64,000 bases of DNA from Acidimicrobiia bacterium (GTDB lineage Bacteria > Actinomycetota > Acidimicrobiia > Spongiisociales > UBA11373). Both the position numbers and the translations under genes were made by a program. The DNA lies in contig JACRIT010000004.1 in assembly GCA_016215655.1 (NCBI GenBank), positions 13,492 to 77,491 of the forward strand, read 5' to 3'. Under the pieces are notes generated by a model. It saw nothing but the letters and a program-made list of their open reading frames with translations, did not search any database and had not been told where the DNA came from. This document shows positions 57,875-64,000 of this stretch, in pieces (the stretch's first letter is position 1; each line of letters opens with the position of its first letter).

Positions 57875-59008
57875 ATGACCACCCTCTTGGGCGGGCCCGT
57901 GGCAGGCTCGCTGCTCGAGGAGGACGATGGGTTGCCGCTCGATCTGATCGGCGACACCGAACTCAACGACCGCTACGTTGGGCTCCGTCGGAGGCTCACC
58001 CGACTCGAAGCGGAAGCCGCTCGGATCCTCGCGGAGATCGATCGTCGCCGATCGTTCGAGCCGGATCACTTCACTGCGGAGGCGTTTCTCCAGAACCGAG
58101 TCGGTGATTCCGGCCGCGCAGCGAGGCGAAACGTCGCCGAGGCGCGCGGCCTGGACGAGTACGCCGCCGTGCGTGAGGCCTTCGCCGCAGGTGAGATCGA
58201 CCGTCCCAGGGTGGCGATGCTCCTGGCGTCGTCGCGGGTCTCGCCGGACCACTTCCGGCGGGATCAGAGCATGCTCGTCGAGACGGCGATGAGCCAGTCC
58301 ATGGCGGCCACCCATCAGGCGCTCGAGTACTGGAAACAACACGTCGATCGCGAAGCGGCCGATGCCGACCGCGAGCACCTCTATCGGAGGCGGCACCTTC
58401 ACGTTGCTCCGGCCCTTGGCGGCATGGTCCGAGTCGATGGGGAATTGGACCCGGTGGGTGGGAAGACGGTGCTCCTTGCCCTCCGCGCACTCACCGATTA
58501 CACCAACCTCGAGCCAGGAGATCCACGGACTCCCGGGCAGCGGCGCGCCGACGCGCTCGTCGACCTCTGTTCCGACCACATGGTGCACGGCGACACGACG
58601 GAAACCGGTGGATCGCGACCGGGGATGGTCGTGACGGTGGCCCTCGATGTCCTTCAGGGCCGAGCGGTGGCGCCCTGCGAACTCGAAGATGGCACGGTGA
58701 TCGCACCCGAGACGGCGAGGCGCATCGCCTGCGACGCAGGGGTGAGTCGGGTGCTCACCAAGGGCGAATCCGAGATCCTCGACGTCGGGCGGGCCAGCCG
58801 TGTCGTCCCCGCGGCCCTGCGCCGCGCCCTCGCCCTGCGAGACAAGGGGTGTACCCATCCAGGATGTACGCGGCCGCATCACTGGTGCGACGCCCATCAC
58901 ATCGTCCATTGGGCCGATGGAGGAGAGACCTCACTCGCCAATCTGGTCTTGCTTTGCAGACGCCACCACCGAATGGCGCATGAGGGAGCCTTGCGGCGGC
59001 TGGAGTAG
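57875..59008 (+). CDS. DUF222 + HNH endonuclease protein (13E12/REP-type)
   Basis: QRRADAL, ARRIACDA, RDKGCTHPGC, HHIVHW..GGET and NLVLLCRRHH motifs. Confidence 0.92.
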   Translation: MTTLLGGPVAGSLLEEDDGLPLDLIGDTELNDRYVGLRRRLTRLEAEAARILAEIDRRRSFEPDHFTAEAFLQNRVGDSGRAARRNVAEARGLDEYAAVREAFAAGEIDRPRVAMLLASSRVSPDHFRRDQSMLVETAMSQSMAATHQALEYWKQHVDREAADADREHLYRRRHLHVAPALGGMVRVDGELDPVGGKTVLLALRALTDYTNLEPGDPRTPGQRRADALVDLCSDHMVHGDTTETGGSRPGMVVTVALDVLQGRAVAPCELEDGTVIAPETARRIACDAGVSRVLTKGESEILDVGRASRVVPAALRRALALRDKGCTHPGCTRPHHWCDAHHIVHWADGGETSLANLVLLCRRHHRMAHEGALRRLE

Positions 59009-59040
59009 GCGCTCCGGCGAGGTCACTACCCTCGGCGGAC

Positions 59041-60138
59041 ATGTTTCCCGATGCCGACTACTCAGGCCGACTCGACCGGGCGCGGGCGCTCATGGACGAG
59101 CGCGATGCAGACGTAATGCTGCTTTCGGTGGGTGCCGACCTGCCCTACTTCGCCGGGTACGAGGCGATGCCCCTGGAGCGGCTCACGATGCTCGTGGTGC
59201 CGAAAGACGCAGGCGCGGTGCTCGTGGTCCCACGACTCGAGGCTCCACGGATCGCGCTCCGCGGGGGCGCGTTCGAAGTGTGGCCATGGGACGAGCTCGA
59301 CGATCCCGTGGGCGTTGTGGCGCGGCATGCCGGCAAGGCGGACCTCGCGTTGATCGGTGAGCAGACATGGTCGCGCTTTCTCCTCGAGCTGCAGCGGACG
59401 ATGCATCGCACGCGATTTGAGTCCGCGTCTGCTGTCACGCGCCAGCTGCGGATGCGGAAGGATGCCGCTGAGATCGAATTGCTGCGCGCTGCCGCGGCCG
59501 CCACGGACCGGGTCGTGGCCGCACTCGATGGTGTGGCCTTCGGCGGGCGAACGGAGCGTGATCTTGCTGCGGAAGTGCAGCGCCTGGTCATGGCCGAGGG
59601 TCACGACATCGCCTCGTTCGCCATCATCGCCTCCGGTCCCAATGCGGCATCGCCCCACCACGAGCCAACAGATCGGATGATCGAGGAGGGTGACACCGTG
59701 GTCGTGGACTTCGGCGGCAGGTGGCACGGGTACTGCTCGGACACGACACGCACCTTCGTCGTCGGCGAGCCGTCTCCCGAGATCGCGGCGGCCCATTCCG
59801 TGCTCGAGGCCGCCCAGGCCGCCGGAAGGGCTGCGGTGCGCCCCGGCGCCACCGGGGAAGATGTCGATGCGGCTGCCCGGAAGGTCATCGACGCCGCCGG
59901 GTATGGCGACCACTTCATCCACCGCACCGGCCACGGCATCGGCCTCGAGGTGCATGAGCATCCATACATCGTGGCTGGCAATAGCGAGCCGTTGGAAGCA
60001 GGCATGACGTTCTCGATCGAGCCGGGGATCTATCTGCCCGGCCGATTCGGGATGCGTATCGAGGATATCGTCGCCTGCTCGACCGACGGCATCGATGAGC
60101 TCAATCGCTCGCCGCGCACGCTGCACGAGGTGAGTTGA
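59041..60138 (+). CDS. Xaa-Pro peptidase (M24)
   Basis: GYCSDTTRT, HRTGHGIGLEVHE, EPGIY and RIED motifs. Confidence 0.93.
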   Translation: MFPDADYSGRLDRARALMDERDADVMLLSVGADLPYFAGYEAMPLERLTMLVVPKDAGAVLVVPRLEAPRIALRGGAFEVWPWDELDDPVGVVARHAGKADLALIGEQTWSRFLLELQRTMHRTRFESASAVTRQLRMRKDAAEIELLRAAAAATDRVVAALDGVAFGGRTERDLAAEVQRLVMAEGHDIASFAIIASGPNAASPHHEPTDRMIEEGDTVVVDFGGRWHGYCSDTTRTFVVGEPSPEIAAAHSVLEAAQAAGRAAVRPGATGEDVDAAARKVIDAAGYGDHFIHRTGHGIGLEVHEHPYIVAGNSEPLEAGMTFSIEPGIYLPGRFGMRIEDIVACSTDGIDELNRSPRTLHEVS

Positions 60139-60161
60139 CCAAGGCGGTAACCTTCCCGCTC

Positions 60162-62102
60162 GTGGATCACGAGCAACTCGCCGTCGACACCATCCGGGTT
60201 CTCGCGATAGACGCCGTCCAGCGTGCAGACAGCGGACATCCCGGGATGCCGATGGGCATGGCCGACATCGCCGCAGTGCTGTGGGGCCGTCACCTCACGG
60301 TCGATCCGGATGTCCCGCAGTGGCCGAATCGTGATCGATTCGTGCTCAGCAACGGTCACGGCTCGATGTTGTTGTACGCGCTGCTGCATCTCAGCGGGTT
60401 CGAGGTGACGATGGACGACATTCGCTCGTTCCGCCAGCTCGGATCGATCACTCCGGGCCATCCCGAGCGTGAGCCTCACCTCGGTATCGAGACCACCACG
60501 GGGCCTTTGGGGCAGGGCTTCGGGACGGCGGTGGGGATGGCGATGGCAGAGGCACACCTGCGAGCGGTGTTCGGCCCGGACCTTGTCGATCACCGCACGT
60601 TCGTGTTCGCCGGCGACGGCGACCTGATGGAGGGGGTCTCGTCGGAGGCCGCCTCGTTGGCGGGCCGTCTCGGTCTCGGCAAGCTGATCTGTCTCTACGA
60701 CGACAACGAGATCTCGATCGGTGGGAACACCGTGGTCACCTTCACCGAGGACGTGCCGTCCCGATTCGCGGCGATGGGCTGGCACACCCTGGACGTCGAC
60801 GGCCACGATCGCCCTGCTGTCGACGAGGCCGTGGTCACCGCGCTCGGCGACCCACGGCCCTCGCTCGTGTCCTGCCACACCAAGATCGCCTTTGGTGCTC
60901 CAACGCTGGAGGGCTCGGCCAAGAGCCATGGCAGCCCGCTCGGAGAGAAGGAGATCGCCGGGTTCAAGGAGCGCATCGGTTGGACCCTGCCACCGTTCAC
61001 CGTGCCCGAAGAGGTCTATCGCTACTTCCACACGGCGATGGACCGAGGACGCGCCGCGCGGGACGCGTGGGAGCATCGTCGCGGCTCGGTTGATGCCGCC
61101 ACCGCCGCCAAGTGGGAGGCCTACTTCGACCCGAAACCCCCGCGGGTCGGCCGTCTCGACTACGCCGTCGGGTCCTCGGTCGAGACCCGAAAGGCCTCGG
61201 GCAAGGCGATCAATCTCCTCGCCGCGCAACTTCCGGGTCTCGTCGGGGGTTCTGCCGACCTCGAGCCATCGACGAACACGCTGATCGAGGCGACACCGGA
61301 CTTCCAGGATGATCCCCTGGGCCGCAACTTCCGGTTTGGGGTGCGCGAGCACGCCATGGGTGCTGCCGTCAATGGCCTCGCCATCCACGGTGGGCTGCGT
61401 CCGTTCGGCGCGACCTTCTTCGTGTTCAGTGACTACCTCCGTCCGGCCATCCGACTCGCCGCGTTGATGTCGGCACCGTCGATCTTCGTACTCACGCACG
61501 ACTCGGTGTTTCTCGGCGAGGACGGACCCACCCATCAGCCGGTCGAACACCTGGCGGCCCTGCGGGCGATGCCCGGTCTGTGGGTCATCCGCCCCGCCGA
61601 TGCCGGAGAGACGGCGGAGGCATGGGAAGTGGCGATCGCTCGTACCGACGGACCGACGGCGCTGGTGCTGACCCGACAGGCGGTTCCGGTTCTGGAGCGT
61701 TCCGGCACCGAGGGCATGGTGCGACGTGGAGGTTATGTGCTTCGCCCAGGAAGTGATGCGGTGCTCGTGGCCACGGGATCCGAGGTGGCGGTGGGTGTCG
61801 CCGCCGCGGATCGGCTGGAGGCGGAGGGCGTGTCACTACGAGTGGTGTCGCTGCCGTGTTGGGAGGCCTTCTTCAGCCAGGACGCCGGGTACCGAGCCGC
61901 CGTGCTCGGCCCGGGGCTTCCGGTGGCGTCGCTCGAGGCCGGCGCCACGTTCGGATGGGAGCGAATCGTGGGCGACGGCGGATTGAGCATCGGCATCGAC
62001 CGATTCGGCGCGTCGGCCCCCTACCAGCACCTTGCCACCGAGTTCGGATTCACGCCGGATCGGGTCGCGGCACGACTCCTCGAGTGGTTGGGTTCTCGCT
62101 GA
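60162..62102 (+). CDS. tkt: transketolase
   Basis: SGHPG, RDRFVLSNGH, TGPLGQG, GDGDLMEG, GVREH and GEDGPTHQ motifs; alternative TTG start at 60135. Confidence 0.97.
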   Translation: MDHEQLAVDTIRVLAIDAVQRADSGHPGMPMGMADIAAVLWGRHLTVDPDVPQWPNRDRFVLSNGHGSMLLYALLHLSGFEVTMDDIRSFRQLGSITPGHPEREPHLGIETTTGPLGQGFGTAVGMAMAEAHLRAVFGPDLVDHRTFVFAGDGDLMEGVSSEAASLAGRLGLGKLICLYDDNEISIGGNTVVTFTEDVPSRFAAMGWHTLDVDGHDRPAVDEAVVTALGDPRPSLVSCHTKIAFGAPTLEGSAKSHGSPLGEKEIAGFKERIGWTLPPFTVPEEVYRYFHTAMDRGRAARDAWEHRRGSVDAATAAKWEAYFDPKPPRVGRLDYAVGSSVETRKASGKAINLLAAQLPGLVGGSADLEPSTNTLIEATPDFQDDPLGRNFRFGVREHAMGAAVNGLAIHGGLRPFGATFFVFSDYLRPAIRLAALMSAPSIFVLTHDSVFLGEDGPTHQPVEHLAALRAMPGLWVIRPADAGETAEAWEVAIARTDGPTALVLTRQAVPVLERSGTEGMVRRGGYVLRPGSDAVLVATGSEVAVGVAAADRLEAEGVSLRVVSLPCWEAFFSQDAGYRAAVLGPGLPVASLEAGATFGWERIVGDGGLSIGIDRFGASAPYQHLATEFGFTPDRVAARLLEWLGSR

Positions 62103-62105
62103 GGT

Positions 62106-63833
62106 CTAGTCGCGTGCCGCGTCGATGAATCCCTCGGATTCCAGGTGGAGGATGATCCGCTGAGCCGCCTGCTCCGGGGAGATGTCGGTGGTGTCGATCA
62201 CGACTTCCGCGTCGGTGGGACTCTCGTAGGGGTCGGATATCCCGGTGAACTCCTTGACGATGCCGGCCCGCGCCTTGGCATACAGACCCTTGCGGTCCCG
62301 CTGCTCGCAGACTTCCAGCGGGGTGGCGACATGAACGAGCGCGAACCCGCCCATCGGTGTGATCAGGTCGCGAACCTGCTGACGAACCGCGGCGTACGGA
62401 GCGATCGGGGCGCAGATGGCGATCCCCCCGTTCTTGGTGATCTCCGATGCCACGTATCCGATACGAAGGATGTTCAGGTCGCGGTGTTCCTTGGAGAAGC
62501 CCAGCTCCGACGACAGATTCTTGCGAACGAGGTCGCCGTCGAGCAACGTCACCGGCCTCCCGCCCATCTCGAGCAGCTTCACCCGGAGCACGTTGGCTAT
62601 CGTGGACTTCCCCGAACCGGACAAACCGGTGAAGAAGACCGTGAAGCCCTGTTTGCTGCGTGGGGGGTGGGTCTTGCGAAGCTCCTCGGCCACCTGTGGG
62701 AACGTGAACCACTCTGGGATCTCTCGCCCGTCCTGCAGGCGGTCGCGAAGCTCTGTTCCTGAGATCGAGAGCGTCCGGGTACCCGCCGCGATCTCGTCGT
62801 CGGGCGCGTAGGCGTCCTGATCGGGGAGATACACCATGTTCCTGAAGTCGACCATCACCACACCGAGCTCGGCCTCGTGGGCAGCCAGCAGAGTCTGAGC
62901 GTCGTACGGACCGTAGAAGGGCTTGCCCGTGGAGTCGGACCCGGGACCGGCGTGATCGCGTCCCACGATGAAGTGGGTGCAGCCGTGGTTCTTGCGGATG
63001 ATGGCATGCCACACCGCTTCACGGGGTCCAGCCATGCGCATGGCGAGAGGGAGCAGGGCCAACTCGGCAGTATTGGCGGGGTATCGCGGCATGATGGCTT
63101 GATAGGCACGCACCCGGGTGTAGTGATCGACGTCGCCGGGCTTCGTCATCCCGACCACGGGATGGATGAGCAAGTTGGCCTCGACCTCACGGGCAGCACG
63201 AACGGTGAGCTCGAGGTGGGCGCGGTGCATCGGGTTTCGAGTCTGGAAAGCGACGATCCGACGCCAGCCGCGGCGACGGAATCGCTCCCGAACCTCGGCG
63301 GGAGTCATGCGCAGCGTGGCGAAGTCGTAGTGGGGGGGAAGGCTCAGCGCCTCGATGGTTCCTCCGACGTACCAGGGTGCAGTCCGATCCAGGAGGGCGG
63401 CGACCCCGGGATGCTCCCGGCTGGTCGTGCCGAATACCAGGCGGGCTTCGCGCTCCCGATCCGGTTCCCACACCTCGGAGACGCGGAGCACCCCGACCAT
63501 GACCCCCTCGTCGTCACGCAGCGCCAGGGCGCCGCCGGGTTCGAGGCGGGCGGCAAGGTCCGGCATGACGTCGAGCGTGATCGGGATCGGCCACAGGGTG
63601 CCGTCTGCGAGCCGCATTTCGGTGACGACCCGGTCGTAGTCGGAGCGGCCGAGGAAGCCCCGTAACGGCGAGAAGCCGCCATTGATGAGCAGTTCCAGGT
63701 CGCAGGTCTGGCGTGGGGTGAGGTCGTGTGACGGCAAATCGCGCGACTCGGCCTTGATCTCGGCGGCCCGGACCGGATCGACGATCAGGTCCACGAGGGT
63801 GCCTCCGTGGGGGGCGATCAGGCTGTCGGGCAT
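62106..63833 (-). CDS. sat: bifunctional sulfate adenylyltransferase / adenylylsulfate kinase
   Basis: QTRNPMHRAH and GRDHAG (Sat) fused to GLSGSGKST, LDGD and FTGISDPYE (CysC). Confidence 0.96.
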   Translation of the reverse strand: MPDSLIAPHGGTLVDLIVDPVRAAEIKAESRDLPSHDLTPRQTCDLELLINGGFSPLRGFLGRSDYDRVVTEMRLADGTLWPIPITLDVMPDLAARLEPGGALALRDDEGVMVGVLRVSEVWEPDREREARLVFGTTSREHPGVAALLDRTAPWYVGGTIEALSLPPHYDFATLRMTPAEVRERFRRRGWRRIVAFQTRNPMHRAHLELTVRAAREVEANLLIHPVVGMTKPGDVDHYTRVRAYQAIMPRYPANTAELALLPLAMRMAGPREAVWHAIIRKNHGCTHFIVGRDHAGPGSDSTGKPFYGPYDAQTLLAAHEAELGVVMVDFRNMVYLPDQDAYAPDDEIAAGTRTLSISGTELRDRLQDGREIPEWFTFPQVAEELRKTHPPRSKQGFTVFFTGLSGSGKSTIANVLRVKLLEMGGRPVTLLDGDLVRKNLSSELGFSKEHRDLNILRIGYVASEITKNGGIAICAPIAPYAAVRQQVRDLITPMGGFALVHVATPLEVCEQRDRKGLYAKARAGIVKEFTGISDPYESPTDAEVVIDTTDISPEQAAQRIILHLESEGFIDAARD

Positions 63834-63934
63834 CGTCTCTCCTTGGGCGCGTCGGGTTGCCGGGAAGGCGGGGGATCGGCCGGAGTGTAGAACGGGAGTG
63901 GAGGGCATCCCCTTCGGTCGTACACTCGCCGGCC

Positions 63935-64000
63935 GTGGAACCATCTGCAGTGCTCGCCGCCTGGGCCGCCGGCATCGCCGCCGGCACGGCATTCGTGACG
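63935..64000 (+). CDS. 5' start of a probable membrane protein running off the right edge
   Basis: TACACT at 63921-63926, 8 nt before a GTG; MEPSAVLAAWAAGIAAGTAFVT stays open to the window end. Confidence 0.45.
   Translation, partial: MEPSAVLAAWAAGIAAGTAFVT

Noticed and set aside
63834..63934. SAM riboswitch upstream of sat-cysC
   Set aside because: The region is short and explained by back-to-back TACACT promoters, with no SAM-I/IV core seen.

Overview
A high-GC actinobacterial chromosomal segment, probably Acidimicrobiia-like (inferred from gene content: NucS, UdgB, F420-type LLM enzymes, DUF222-HNH, heliorhodopsin). It holds about 60 densely packed, mostly housekeeping CDSs. These include a BMP-type ABC transporter, several peptidases, a SUF Fe-S system split into three units with two divergent sufC paralogues, fumC, a 2-oxoacid dehydrogenase operon with fused E1 and fused LipB-LipA, tkt and sat-cysC. 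No rRNA, tRNA or CRISPR array was seen. The most unusual features are: (1) intergenic 7-bp tandem-repeat mosaics whose motif sets recur as matched pairs on both sides of single genes or gene pairs; (2) a related ~140-bp repeat in three copies, one of them hit by an IS30 element with an apparent 17-bp target duplication; (3) an isobutyryl-CoA-mutase-like gene with a single in-frame TAG at a conserved Lys; (4) a heliorhodopsin; (5) an archaeal-type (class II) GAPDH homologue; (6) a DnaA-box cluster between a sigma-70 gene and udgB; (7) a RecA-NDp/PafBC-like promoter on the DUF222-HNH gene; (8) widespread leaderless-type gene starts. All product calls come from motif recognition by eye; no database search was run.
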